Assembly (NCBI GenBank): GCA_052035195.1 | Contig: JBPOHU010000001.1 | Span: 104,031-168,030, forward strand | Length of the DNA: 64,000 nucleotides | Reading direction: 5' to 3' | DNA from: Candidatus Nomurabacteria bacterium | GTDB taxonomy: Bacteria; Patescibacteriota; Minisyncoccia; Phycocordibacterales; UBA9973 | Part shown: positions 15,983-26,255 of the stretch, one piece after another | Layout of the letters: every line of letters starts with the position of its first letter | Numbering within the stretch: the stretch's first letter is position 1 | Notes under the pieces: generated by a model | Database searches by the model: none | Told to the model about the DNA's origin: nothing | The model's input: only the letters and a program-made list of their open reading frames with translations | Position numbers and translations under genes: made by a program

Positions 15983-17002
15983 ATGTGGAACTTTCCTGTG
16001 GCAAAAAAAATAGGTATTGATTTGGGTACCACAAACACCCTGGTTTTTGTTTCTGGCAAGGGGATAGTGCTAAATGAGCCTACGGTTGTAGCTGTAAACC
16101 AAGCAACAAAAAAGGTTGAGGCTATAGGACTTGAAGCAAAAGCCATGCTTGGAAAGACGCCAGACTCAATAGTTGTTTATCGACCAATGCAAGACGGAGC
16201 TATAGCTGACTATCATGTCACGCTCTCAATGCTTAAATATTTTATTACAAAAGCCTTAGGGAAAAATTCTTTTTTCAAGCCTGATGTTTTAGTTTCAGTT
16301 CCGGCTGGTATTAGTAGTACTGAACGTCGCGCTGTTATTGAAGCTACTATAAAAGCTGGGGCCAAAAGTGCTGTTTTAGTGAAAGAGCCTATTCTTGCAG
16401 CTCTTGGTGCAGGAGTAACTATCAATGAACCTCGTGGCCACATGGTTATCGACATAGGAGGAGGCACTACAGACGTAGCTGTTATATCTTTGGGAGGAGT
16501 TGTTGCTTCAACTTCTGTTAAATGTGCAGGAAACAAAATAGATAAAGCTATCGCTGAATATCTAAGAAAAGCCTACAACGTTTCTATTGGAGACCAAACC
16601 GCGGAAGATGTGAAAAAGACTTTGTGTTCAGCTTTAGTGGTAAATCCTGATGTAAAAGGAGATGTAAAAGGTAGAGATATTGTTTCTGGTCTTCCAAAAA
16701 CAGTGACTATTTCAACAAATGAATTAGTAAAAGCTATTGATTACGAATTGAAACAAATAGTTAAGGCTATAAAAGAAGTACTACAACAAACTCCTCCAGA
16801 ACTAGCATCAGATATTATTGATCACGGTATTGTAATGACTGGTGGAACAAGTCAGCTTAAAAATTTAGATAACCTAATAGCTAACCAAACAGGAGTTTCT
16901 GTGAGAGTAGCAGACGAATCTCTGTATTGTGTTGTTAATGGTACAGGAGTACTACTAGCACACTTAGCTGATTATCAGCGTTCTATTTTAGCTAAAAGAT
17001 AA
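15983..17002 (+). CDS. mreB: rod-shape determining protein MreB
   Basis: [42 protein letters not shown] actin-fold motifs. Confidence 0.85.
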   Translation: MWNFPVAKKIGIDLGTTNTLVFVSGKGIVLNEPTVVAVNQATKKVEAIGLEAKAMLGKTPDSIVVYRPMQDGAIADYHVTLSMLKYFITKALGKNSFFKPDVLVSVPAGISSTERRAVIEATIKAGAKSAVLVKEPILAALGAGVTINEPRGHMVIDIGGGTTDVAVISLGGVVASTSVKCAGNKIDKAIAEYLRKAYNVSIGDQTAEDVKKTLCSALVVNPDVKGDVKGRDIVSGLPKTVTISTNELVKAIDYELKQIVKAIKEVLQQTPPELASDIIDHGIVMTGGTSQLKNLDNLIANQTGVSVRVADESLYCVVNGTGVLLAHLADYQRSILAKR

Positions 17003-17015
17003 TTCTCAAAAAAAT

Positions 17016-17624
17016 ATGCATGAGACTCTTGCAAAACTCGCACCGCAACAAGTTTTCTTAATTCAAGGAAATAGAAATACATTTGAATCTCTTTTTAATG
17101 ATTTAAAAAACAATTCAAGTTCTATTGAAGGGGAGATGCTTTCTCGTTTTACAATGGAAGATGCGAATAATATTGTCTCTTTCAACCTACAAAGAGGGGC
17201 AGGGTCTTGGTACGTTGTTTATTTTGATGTTTTTGTAAATGATGCATCACAAGTACTTCTAAAAACCCTAGAAGAACCTAACGAAGGTGTAAATATTGTT
17301 TTCATCACCCCGCACCCATACTTGATACCTCAAACTATTCGCTCTAGAGCGAGACTTATGAGTATTGATTTACAAAGTGAAATACCAAGCTATCTCTCTT
17401 CAAAAAAAGATATCGTTGAGTACGTAAAAGAAGTTTTTGGAGATGATAGTGTCGAGGCTTCTATTCGTAGAGCAGAAGCTACGGTATTTTTAGACCAATT
17501 GGAACAATACTTCAAAGATAGTCCAGAAAAAATAAAATACATTTACGAAGTCAAAGACATGCTTTTCAAAGCCAATATGCCGACCAAGCAGGTAATAGAG
17601 TACTTAATTTCAATGATTTATTAG
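17016..17624 (+). CDS. holB: DNA polymerase III delta'-like (HolB-like), short form
   Basis: LLKTLEEPNEGVNIVFIT and TIRSRARLM correspond to clamp-loader delta' motifs. Confidence 0.5.
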   Translation: MHETLAKLAPQQVFLIQGNRNTFESLFNDLKNNSSSIEGEMLSRFTMEDANNIVSFNLQRGAGSWYVVYFDVFVNDASQVLLKTLEEPNEGVNIVFITPHPYLIPQTIRSRARLMSIDLQSEIPSYLSSKKDIVEYVKEVFGDDSVEASIRRAEATVFLDQLEQYFKDSPEKIKYIYEVKDMLFKANMPTKQVIEYLISMIY

Positions 17625-17666
17625 CTTTTTGGCATAAAAAGCTTCATTTATAAGGGGTTTTTACTA

Positions 17667-17695
17667 TTGACAAATCTATATTTATATAGTATACT
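17667..17695 (+). promoter_or_regulatory. sigma70-type promoter TTGACA-N17-TATACT
   Basis: TTGACAAATCTATATTTATATAGTATACT; followed by a ~100-nt leader containing GATATC-TGCG-GATATC and CCACGTGG palindromes. Confidence 0.6.
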
Positions 17696-17798
17696 ATATA
17701 TGAATCGTCCGCAAACCAGTGGGACGTAAAAGATATCTGCGGATATCCACGTGGTGATTAAAAACCATAGAAGAACTGGATTGTTGTTTTAAAAATTA

Positions 17799-18674
17799 TT
17801 GAACATGAAAAAGAAAAGAATTATCCTGTTTATCGCAATGATCCTTGGATGCATTGCTTTCCCTATCTTTTTTTGGAAATCATTGAGTGTCTGGCTAACC
17901 CCGTTGTTTCCGATCGCATTGACGCTTTATGTTTGTGCAATCAAAAAATACCGGAGATGGGTCTATGTAGAGGAATTGAAAGGAAACATTTTCCTGTACA
18001 TTACTCTTGTAGCAGCCTTGGTCAGTACCACTCTGCAGTTCTGGCAGCAGATTATCATTACCCTTTCTCAATTCATAAAATATATGAATGAACCAGCCTT
18101 TATTTGGGTAATGGGAATTCTCGCTATTCTCGTAGTTATTGCACTCGTTGTGCTTATCATAAGAGAGTATCGAGAAAAGAAGGCTGACAAAAAAAGAGCA
18201 TTAGTGTGTAAAGCACAAAATGCTGCTGACGAAATTAAAAGGCAAACCAAAAATGAAGAGCGGAAAAAGATGAAAGAAGAGGGGCAACAAATGCTCCGTG
18301 CACTCATGATCAAAAGCTCAGAACTATCCTGGAAAGACCTGTTAAAGATTATGGACAAAGGAGTCCAAATTCCCGATGAGATGGTGTTGCGTGCAAACTT
18401 CTTTGACTTAATTGAAGTGTCGAATGTGAAGAATCAAATCTTCTACAATCCTCATTTGATCAGACAAATGGTCTCTGCGCTCGGTCAGGCGGCAGATGAT
18501 TGTCACAATGACAGTCATTTGCAAAGAGTAAGGGTTCAACTGGAAAAGTTGAGAACCTTGAGCCCTTATCTCGGATATAATAGTCTTATGGCTATTTTCA
18601 GAAAAAATGAGTATCTCCTGAATACCTTCGGGAATATACACTGGCTTGAAAAAGAAAGCGTAAATGTTCAATGA
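17799..18674 (+). CDS. hypothetical membrane protein
   Basis: N-terminal TM helices, charged coiled region, then a C-terminal soluble domain; GC slightly above the local average. Confidence 0.4.
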   Translation: MNMKKKRIILFIAMILGCIAFPIFFWKSLSVWLTPLFPIALTLYVCAIKKYRRWVYVEELKGNIFLYITLVAALVSTTLQFWQQIIITLSQFIKYMNEPAFIWVMGILAILVVIALVVLIIREYREKKADKKRALVCKAQNAADEIKRQTKNEERKKMKEEGQQMLRALMIKSSELSWKDLLKIMDKGVQIPDEMVLRANFFDLIEVSNVKNQIFYNPHLIRQMVSALGQAADDCHNDSHLQRVRVQLEKLRTLSPYLGYNSLMAIFRKNEYLLNTFGNIHWLEKESVNVQ

Positions 18675-18683
18675 TGTTATGCG

Positions 18684-18714
18684 ATCCCCTCTGTAAAGAG
18701 GGGATTTTTTATTT
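18684..18714 (+). terminator. rho-independent terminator
   Basis: ATCCCCTCT-gtaa-AGAGGGGAT followed by TTTTTTATT. Confidence 0.7.
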
Positions 18715-18793
18715 GCTCCGAACTTGGGACGATGTTCGAATTTATTTGGTAAATAAAAAAAGCCTCTATTTTATAAGGCTTTTTATTGCGATC

Positions 18794-19000
18794 TTACTGC
18801 CAATAGTAGTATCCGTTTTTATCGTGATCTCTATATACTTCTTTTGTTACTGATGTATGAGCATAACAAGCCTTTTCTGCCTCTTTTGCATTTTCAAAAT
18901 CTTTGTCATAGAAATATACTTTTGTGGCATAGTGTTTTTGGTCATACACATAATCAGGGCTACTACCTTCTTTTTTAAGTGTGTCGCTATTATTTCCCAT
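18794..19000 (-). CDS. small Tyr-rich hypothetical protein
   Basis: 68 aa ending in YYYWQ; flanking bidirectional hairpin AAGCCT...AGGCTT at 18760-18790. Confidence 0.3.
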   Translation of the reverse strand: MGNNSDTLKKEGSSPDYVYDQKHYATKVYFYDKDFENAKEAEKACYAHTSVTKEVYRDHDKNGYYYWQ

Positions 19001-19119
19001 AAAATAATATTTAAGCGGTTTTCTTTTAAAATATCATAAAATATAAAAAAGTCAAATGATGTTTTCTAATAAGAACCTTATAAACTATTTTAATCACAGC
19101 TCGTGTTATAATACCCTCC

Positions 19120-19656
19120 ATGTATAACTTAGATTCATTTAAGCAAGAAATGAAAGGCGCTTTGGAGTGGCTTTCAAAAGAATATAGTCAAATTCACACT
19201 GGACGAGCAAATCCGGCCCTTTTAGATGGGGTTCACGTGGATAGCTATGGCGTACTTCAACCACTTAAAAATACTGCTTCTATTTCTATAGAAGACCCAA
19301 AGACTCTTCGAGTTGTCCCTTGGGATAAAAGTATGAACAAAGGTATTGAAAAAGCGCTTCATGAAGCAAATTTAGGATTTTCCATAGCGGTTGATGATGC
19401 TGGTGTACGAGTTATTATCCCAGCCCTTACTACAGAGACTCGTGGACGTCTTGTAAAAATAGCGAAAGAAAGAATGGAAGAAGCACGTATTACTGTTCGT
19501 AAGGCAAGAGAAAGTGTTTTGACATCACTCAAAGACCAAGCATTACCCGAAGATACTTTTATAAGAGCAAAAGAAGAAGTACAAAAAATAGTTGATGCTT
19601 CAAATGCCTCTCTAGAAGGACTCTTCGAAAAGAAAGAGGGTGAAATTCTAAGCTAA
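19120..19656 (+). CDS. frr: ribosome recycling factor
   Basis: Full-length match to the RRF pattern (HTGRANPALLDGVHVDSYG...ITVRKARE). Confidence 0.85.
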   Translation: MYNLDSFKQEMKGALEWLSKEYSQIHTGRANPALLDGVHVDSYGVLQPLKNTASISIEDPKTLRVVPWDKSMNKGIEKALHEANLGFSIAVDDAGVRVIIPALTTETRGRLVKIAKERMEEARITVRKARESVLTSLKDQALPEDTFIRAKEEVQKIVDASNASLEGLFEKKEGEILS

Positions 19657-19661
19657 ATATT

Positions 19662-20711
19662 ATGACAATTATTCTTTTTATTATTGTTTTACTTGTAACC
19701 GTACTTGTTCATGAGTGGGGGCATTTTATTGCTGCTAAAAAAAGTGGGATGTTAGTTGAAGAGTTTGGCTTTGGTATTCCTCCCAAGCTTTGGTCTTTCA
19801 AAAAAGGAGAAACAACATATTCTATAAATGCATTACCTTTTGGTGGTTTTGTAAAAATAGCCGGAGAAAACGGTATAGAAAGTGGCGTACCGGCAGATAG
19901 ACAATTTGAATCAAAACCTTGGTACAAACAAAGTATCGTTCTTGTCGCTGGAGTAGTTTGTAATATTTTATTAGCAATATTACTTTTTACTATTTCATAT
20001 AGTTTAGGAACTCCAACTCTTAGTGATTCTGGTACTCCTACTGTTTTACATGTCACAAAAGGAAGTCCGATTGATGAAGCTGGTATAAAAGTAGGCGACA
20101 CTATTACAAAAGTTGTTAAATACGATAAAGAGATAATTGTTATAAACACAGAAAACCTTAAAAAGGCAATCAATGATTCAATAGACCCTCTGACTATTAG
20201 TTTTGTAAGTAATAAAAAAGAAACAACTGTAGAAGTTTCTCCTAAAAAACAAGACGGAGTCACAGCGCTCGGAATAGGAGTAGAGAAAATCGCATTAGAA
20301 AAAACTTCTATAACAAAAGCCTTCGTTCGCGCAACAGAGCAAACTGTTTTTATTACTAAAAGTATCTTTGGTACTGTCGGACATTTAATAGGTTCTCTAT
20401 TTATAAAAGGGGATGAATCACAAGAAATCATAGGGCCTATAGGACTTGCTAATGAGATCAAAAATGCGTCTTCTATAGGCTTTGGCTACCTTCTTGCATT
20501 TACTGCCATGATTTCTATAAACCTTGCAGTTATCAACATTTTGCCTTTTCCAGCACTCGATGGAGGACGCCTAGTAATCGTTCTTTTAGAGAGAATTTCA
20601 CGTAAAAAATTCTCAAAAACATTCATAAATATCATACATGCCAGTGGGTTTATTCTACTTATTGGACTTATGATTTTCCTTAGTATTTCAGATATTGGTC
20701 GGCTTTTTTAG
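19662..20711 (+). CDS. rseP: RIP zinc metalloprotease RseP (site-2 protease)
   Basis: HEWGHFIAAK HExxH, PDZ-like middle region, LDGG motif near the C-terminus. Confidence 0.8.
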   Translation: MTIILFIIVLLVTVLVHEWGHFIAAKKSGMLVEEFGFGIPPKLWSFKKGETTYSINALPFGGFVKIAGENGIESGVPADRQFESKPWYKQSIVLVAGVVCNILLAILLFTISYSLGTPTLSDSGTPTVLHVTKGSPIDEAGIKVGDTITKVVKYDKEIIVINTENLKKAINDSIDPLTISFVSNKKETTVEVSPKKQDGVTALGIGVEKIALEKTSITKAFVRATEQTVFITKSIFGTVGHLIGSLFIKGDESQEIIGPIGLANEIKNASSIGFGYLLAFTAMISINLAVINILPFPALDGGRLVIVLLERISRKKFSKTFINIIHASGFILLIGLMIFLSISDIGRLF

Positions 20712-20792
20712 AGAAGTTGACTAATTGTTGACTTTTTCTACATCCATGATAAAGTTGTTACATTGATACGTTAAGTTTAGATTAAAAAACAT

Positions 20793-21833
20793 ATGGCAGT
20801 TATAAGCTTCAAACCAAAACAAGTCACAAAAAGGTTACTCGGAACCCTTCAAGATCGCGCCCATGATATTATCGTAAATCGATATGGTCTTGGTGACGAC
20901 GCTGATTCAAAAACACTAGAAGCAATAGGAAAAAAATACGGTATTACTAGAGAGCGAGTAAGACAAATCGAAAATGCGGCTCTTTCTGCCATCCGCAAAA
21001 GCGATAATTTCAAATCTGAACACAAAACTTTTTCTGAACTTAAAGACTTAGTTCAAAGTATGGGTGCTCTTGTACACGAAGAAGATTTTCTTTCTTCTGT
21101 GGCAAAAGACACAATGACTCAAAACCACATTCATTTTTACCTAGTTCTAGGTGATGAATTTAAAAAACTAAAAGAAGACGACCACTTCAAGAGTCGTTGG
21201 ACAATAGACGAAAAGCTCTCTGATGTAGTTCACGACGCTCTTCATAGTGTTTACAAAAATCTAAGTGACAAAGATCTTCTTTCTGAGAATGATTTAGTAA
21301 TAAGGTTTATAGATGAGTTAAAAGACGTTTCTCAACAATACAAAAACGAAGAAATTGCTAAAAGATGGCTTTCTATTTCAAAGAAAATCGCCAAGAACCC
21401 TCTTGGAGAATGGGGTCCTTCTGACTCTCAAAACGTAAAAACTCGTGGTATCAAAGACTTTGCATACTTGATGATGAAAAAACACGGTTCTCCTATGCAC
21501 TTCCGTGAAGTAGCAAAAGCTATAGTTGATACTTTTGGACGAAAGACACATGTAGCAACAACTCACAATGAGCTTATTAAAGACCCTAGATTTGTTTTAG
21601 TTGGACGTGGATACTACGCACTAGAAGAATGGGGATACAAGCCTGGAGTAGTTAGAGATGTTATCGCTGAAATATTACAAAAAGAAGGACCTCTAACAAA
21701 AGAAGAAGTTGTTGACCGAGTTCTTAAAGAACGTTTTCTAAAGAAAAATACTATTCTAGTAAATCTACAAAATCCTGCATACTTTACAAAGCAGTCAGAC
21801 GGTAAATACACTGTTGCTAGTAAGAAAAAATAA
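20793..21833 (+). CDS. sigma-70 region-4-like HTH fused to a HARE-HTH domain
   Basis: GITRERVRQIENAALSAIRK (sigma region 4.2-like) and GSPMHFREVAKAIVD...DPRFVLVGRGYYALEEWGY (HARE-HTH pattern). Confidence 0.55.
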   Translation: MAVISFKPKQVTKRLLGTLQDRAHDIIVNRYGLGDDADSKTLEAIGKKYGITRERVRQIENAALSAIRKSDNFKSEHKTFSELKDLVQSMGALVHEEDFLSSVAKDTMTQNHIHFYLVLGDEFKKLKEDDHFKSRWTIDEKLSDVVHDALHSVYKNLSDKDLLSENDLVIRFIDELKDVSQQYKNEEIAKRWLSISKKIAKNPLGEWGPSDSQNVKTRGIKDFAYLMMKKHGSPMHFREVAKAIVDTFGRKTHVATTHNELIKDPRFVLVGRGYYALEEWGYKPGVVRDVIAEILQKEGPLTKEEVVDRVLKERFLKKNTILVNLQNPAYFTKQSDGKYTVASKKK

Positions 21834-21845
21834 TCTTATTTTATT

Positions 21846-22346
21846 ATGGCAGATGCACCATCAGGCGGAGGATCAAGTTGGGGAGCATTCGAAGTAATTC
21901 TTGCCCTTCTTTTAGGTATTGCACTTCTTTCAGCTATTTCTAATAAAGGCGTAGCTACTCCACCATTTAAAGAGACTACAAAAAAAGAAACGATTTCTAA
22001 AGTAGACGATAGTGCTAATCGTTGCGGGCTTTCTATTAGCGCACCTCTTTCTATGCAAAAAACCTATGGAAGTGTTAGATTGTCTGGTCTTACATCTGGT
22101 TGTAATTGGCCACTAGAAGGTACTACAGCATTATTTGCTCAAGTTATAAACGGAGCAGGCGTTCCTGTTTCTGATTTCATCACTGTACAAAAAAATGATT
22201 CAGATATTCTCAATAATGCCTTTGATACAACAATACAAATAAATGGAAATCCAACTGGAACAGGTTACCTCATTTTGATTCCTGCAAAACAACAAGAAGG
22301 TAAATCAATCACTGTTCGTATTCCACTACAATTTGTTCGAAACTAA
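21846..22346 (+). CDS. hypothetical secreted/membrane protein
   Basis: N-terminal hydrophobic helix FEVILALLLGIALLSAI; no recognised domain. Confidence 0.35.
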   Translation: MADAPSGGGSSWGAFEVILALLLGIALLSAISNKGVATPPFKETTKKETISKVDDSANRCGLSISAPLSMQKTYGSVRLSGLTSGCNWPLEGTTALFAQVINGAGVPVSDFITVQKNDSDILNNAFDTTIQINGNPTGTGYLILIPAKQQEGKSITVRIPLQFVRN

Positions 22347-22371
22347 TACTTCATAATGCTATACTAAGACA

Positions 22372-23640
22372 ATGCAATCGTCTGTTAGCGCAATTTCATT
22401 TTTAAACCAAATTGCTATTTTCATCGCAGTACCAATTTTAATAATTGTTGCTTGGAATCTATGGCTCAGCTACATTCAAACTGTTTTTCTAAAAGGTCTA
22501 AAATGGACACTGTTAGAAGTTAAGCCTCCAAAAGAAGTTTTCAAATCTCCAGCGGCAATGGAGCTAGTTCTCAACTCTCTTTATGCAGGAGCTCAAGGTG
22601 GAGACTGGTATACAAAATACTGGAAAGGAGAAGTGAGCTTGTGGCATTCTCTTGAAATTATTTCTATTGAGGGACAAGTTAGGTTTTTTATCCGTACTCC
22701 AGAAAAATTCAAAAAGATGGTGGAAGCTCAGATATACGCTCAGTACCCTCAAGCTGAGGTTTTTGAAGCTGAAGATTATACAAAATCAGTCCCTAATTAC
22801 GAAAAAGATAGTACATTTAATATTTGGGCTTGTAACTTTGTGCTTTCAAAAGATGATATATACCCTATAAAGTCTTATGTGGACTATGGGCTTGATAAAT
22901 CCGTAGGATCTTTAGAAGAAGAACAACGTATAGACCCTATAACCCCTATGATTGAATTCTTGGGGTCTCTTAATCTAGGAGAGCAAATTTGGTTTCAAAT
23001 ACTGATACGACCAGACACAAAAAGATTTTCTATAAAAGGAAAAGAAGGAAAAATAGAAGAAGGTAAAGACTGGAAAGCAAAAGCCCAAGAAACAATAAAA
23101 GAACTAAATGAAAAACTAAAAGAAAAAGACGCGGATGGTAAAACAGTTGTAGGTAAACCAACAAAAGCTCAACAAGGTATTATTGAGGCTATAGAAAGAC
23201 ATGCTGCAAAATTTGGCTTTGATGCTCATATACGCGCTTTATATATTGCTGAGAAATCTGCTTTTAATGCTGGAACAAGAGCGCCTTCTTTAATAGGATC
23301 ACTGCGACAGTATGCATCAAGCGATTTAAATGGTTTTAAACCAGATAAGGCTACAAAGGTTGATTTTCCTTGGCAAGATATATTTGGAACCAAAGTGGCA
23401 AAAATGAAATCAGGATTTTTAAAAAAATACAAATCAAGAGGATTTTTCTATGGAGGATTTGATTTCAAAGAAATAGGAGCTTACTTTACTCACCCAAATA
23501 AAGATGGTGGAAAGCCTTATATTCTCTCAACAGAAGAGCTTGCTACTATATTTCACCTTCCAGGAAAAGTATCAGAAACTCCTACATTTACTCGTATTGA
23601 GTCTAAGAAAGCTGAACCACCAGCAAATCTTCCTATTTAA
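22372..23640 (+). CDS. hypothetical membrane-anchored protein
   Basis: 422 aa, N-terminal TM helix; no recognised domain. Confidence 0.4.
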   Translation: MQSSVSAISFLNQIAIFIAVPILIIVAWNLWLSYIQTVFLKGLKWTLLEVKPPKEVFKSPAAMELVLNSLYAGAQGGDWYTKYWKGEVSLWHSLEIISIEGQVRFFIRTPEKFKKMVEAQIYAQYPQAEVFEAEDYTKSVPNYEKDSTFNIWACNFVLSKDDIYPIKSYVDYGLDKSVGSLEEEQRIDPITPMIEFLGSLNLGEQIWFQILIRPDTKRFSIKGKEGKIEEGKDWKAKAQETIKELNEKLKEKDADGKTVVGKPTKAQQGIIEAIERHAAKFGFDAHIRALYIAEKSAFNAGTRAPSLIGSLRQYASSDLNGFKPDKATKVDFPWQDIFGTKVAKMKSGFLKKYKSRGFFYGGFDFKEIGAYFTHPNKDGGKPYILSTEELATIFHLPGKVSETPTFTRIESKKAEPPANLPI

Positions 23641-23648
23641 AATAAACT

Positions 23649-24614
23649 ATGGACTCTAAAAAATACATTAATCGTGTAGTCGTATTAGGAATAATAGTTC
23701 TAGCTCTTTATGGCGCTATTAGCGCTGTAAACTGGGTAATACTTCCTCCGTCCACTTTCCCAACTCCTTATCGTGTAACAATAAATAGCGGGCAATCTTT
23801 ATTTTCTATATCAGAAGAGCTATCAAAAGACGGAGCAATCAGATCAAAGCGCGTATTTGAAATGCTAATGATGACTTTTGGAAGTGATAAAACAATAAAC
23901 AAAGGAGAGTACTACTTTGAAAAACCTATTAGTGTTGTCGGTGTGGCTCTTAGAATATCAGGTAGAGATTTTGGTGTTGATAGAAAAAAAATTACTTTCC
24001 CAGAAGGTTTTACAAATAAACAAATTGCTATGCGTTTGGATAAAGAGCTCAGTGATTTTGATAGTAATCTATTTTTAGAACTTGCAAAAGACAGTGAAGG
24101 ATATCTTTTTCCTGATACTTATAACTTTTTTCCATGGTCAACACCTGAAGTTGTCTTGAGTACTCTTAAAAAAACATTTGAACAAAAAACAGAGTCTCTA
24201 AACGACGAGGTTTCTAAATCAAAACGTTCATTAAAAGAAATTATGATTATGGCTTCTCTTATAGAAAAAGAAGCGAGAGGAGAAGAAGATAGATATATTA
24301 TTTCTGGTATTTTATGGAAAAGAATAGAAAAAGGTATTCCTTTGCAAGTAGATGCACCATTTCTTTATATCTTAGGCAAAGAAAGTAGCGAGCTTACAAT
24401 AAGTGACTTATCAACAAATTCACCTTTTAACACTTACCGATATAAAGGATTACCGCCTGCTCCTATTGGAAACCCTGGTTTAGAATCAATAAAAGCCTCA
24501 CTTCGACCAACCAACTCACCTTATCTCTATTATTTGCACGACAAGAATGGTAATATCTACTACGCTAAAACTTATGATGAGCATAAGCAAAATATAAAAA
24601 AGTACTTAAAATAA
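23649..24614 (+). CDS. mltG: endolytic murein transglycosylase MltG (YceG-like)
   Basis: N-terminal TM helix, FPEGFTNKQIAMRL, SLIEKEARGEEDR...QVDAPFLY, NTYRYKGLPPAPIGNPG are YceG/MltG signatures. Confidence 0.75.
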   Translation: MDSKKYINRVVVLGIIVLALYGAISAVNWVILPPSTFPTPYRVTINSGQSLFSISEELSKDGAIRSKRVFEMLMMTFGSDKTINKGEYYFEKPISVVGVALRISGRDFGVDRKKITFPEGFTNKQIAMRLDKELSDFDSNLFLELAKDSEGYLFPDTYNFFPWSTPEVVLSTLKKTFEQKTESLNDEVSKSKRSLKEIMIMASLIEKEARGEEDRYIISGILWKRIEKGIPLQVDAPFLYILGKESSELTISDLSTNSPFNTYRYKGLPPAPIGNPGLESIKASLRPTNSPYLYYLHDKNGNIYYAKTYDEHKQNIKKYLK

Positions 24615-24615
24615 A

Positions 24616-25155
24616 ATGTTAAATCAAACTCTCGCTTTTATAGATATTGAAACTACTGGACTAGACAGAGACACTCATGAAATTATTGAGCTTGGTGCTG
24701 TTATTGCACGAATGAAAGATGGTGAATTTGTTGTAACAGATGAGCTTAACCTTAAAATTCAACCAAAAAACTTAGAGAAAGCTGAGCCTCAAGCTCTTCG
24801 TATAAACGGCTACAATGAAGCAGACTGGTTATTTGCTGTCTCTTTAGAAGATGCGATGAAAGAACTAGCCAAAAAAGCTGACGGGGCTGTATTTGTGGCT
24901 CACAATGTGACCTTTGATTATGGCTTTATAGAAAGTGCTTTCAAAAAAACAAATATTGAAAACAAAATGCATTATCACAAAATAGATACTATATCTTTAG
25001 CTTTTGGGATACTCCATAGTAACGATGATCTAGGCAAACTTTCTTTGAAAGCCTTATGTGAAAAATATGGTATTGAAAATAAAAAAGCGCACAGTGCCTT
25101 TGCAGACGCCTATGCAACTTACGAAGTATTTAAAAAACTAATGAATTTAAAATAA
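24616..25155 (+). CDS. DnaQ-like 3'-5' exonuclease (DEDDh)
   Basis: IDIETTGLD, VAHNVTFDYGFI, HSAFADAYATYEVF exo I/II/III motifs. Confidence 0.7.
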   Translation: MLNQTLAFIDIETTGLDRDTHEIIELGAVIARMKDGEFVVTDELNLKIQPKNLEKAEPQALRINGYNEADWLFAVSLEDAMKELAKKADGAVFVAHNVTFDYGFIESAFKKTNIENKMHYHKIDTISLAFGILHSNDDLGKLSLKALCEKYGIENKKAHSAFADAYATYEVFKKLMNLK

Positions 25156-25175
25156 GACTGTGTTAGTATCTCGTT

Positions 25176-26222
25176 GTGAAAGAAAAAACTAAAAAAATAT
25201 TTGTAGGTATCTCTGGTGGGGTAGACTCATCTGTTGTCGCATATTTACTTAAAAAACAAGGCCGCGATGTACACGGGGTCTTCGTAAAGACATGGTCACC
25301 AGAGTGGATGCCTTGTACCTGGATAGATGAAAAGCGTGATGCTATGCGTGTTTGCGCTGCATTAGATATACCATTTCATTATTTGGACGCTGAAGAAGCC
25401 TATAAACAAGGCGTGGCTGACTATATGATTGCCGAGTACAAAGCAGGTCGTACTCCAAACCCTGACGTATTGTGCAACCGTATTATCAAATTTGGTGTAC
25501 TTTGGGATTATGTGAAAAGCCAAGGAGGGGAATATATCGCCACTGGTCACTATGCACGTACTGATAGTGCTCACTTAATGAAAGGAGTAGACGAATCAAA
25601 AGACCAAAGTTATTTCCTTTGGATGCTTTCAAAAGAAGAGCTATCTCATATTCTTTTCCCAATTGGTCACCTACAAAAGTCTGAGGTACGAACCTTAGCA
25701 GAGAAAGCAAATCTTTTTACCAGTGAAAAGAAAGACAGCCAGGGTATTTGTTTCTTAGGAGATGTTGATATGAGAGAATTTTTATCTCACTACATAGAAC
25801 AGAAAAAAGGTCTTGTCATTGATACTGATGGAAATACTATAGGAGAACACAACGGTATCTGGTTTTATACACTAGGGGAAAGACATGGCTTTAAACTATC
25901 TAAACAAACAACAGACCAAAAGCCTTACTATGTGGTAGCAAAAAATCTTGAAACAAATACTCTTGTCGTATCTCATGAATCAGTAAAAAGGTCTGATTCA
26001 TCGAACCAAACAATTACTCTTAGAGATACTTCGTGGTTAGAAAAAATAGAGGGAGACTGTGAAGCCCAGATCCGCTATCACGGAGAGTTAATCCCGGCAA
26101 AAATAATAAATGGTTACACTGTTGAGCTCTCATATCAAGGAGTTATTGCTGAAGGCCAATCTCTTGTTTTATATAAAGACGAAATACTTGTGGGAGGAGG
26201 AGTGATAGAAAAAGTTTTATAG
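25176..26222 (+). CDS. mnmA: tRNA-specific 2-thiouridylase MnmA
   Basis: GISGGVDSSVVAYLL PP-loop, CNRIIKFGVLWDY, ATGHYAR. Confidence 0.85.
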   Translation: MKEKTKKIFVGISGGVDSSVVAYLLKKQGRDVHGVFVKTWSPEWMPCTWIDEKRDAMRVCAALDIPFHYLDAEEAYKQGVADYMIAEYKAGRTPNPDVLCNRIIKFGVLWDYVKSQGGEYIATGHYARTDSAHLMKGVDESKDQSYFLWMLSKEELSHILFPIGHLQKSEVRTLAEKANLFTSEKKDSQGICFLGDVDMREFLSHYIEQKKGLVIDTDGNTIGEHNGIWFYTLGERHGFKLSKQTTDQKPYYVVAKNLETNTLVVSHESVKRSDSSNQTITLRDTSWLEKIEGDCEAQIRYHGELIPAKIINGYTVELSYQGVIAEGQSLVLYKDEILVGGGVIEKVL

Positions 26223-26255
26223 ATTTTTGATATAAATACAAGTATACTTGTTTAT

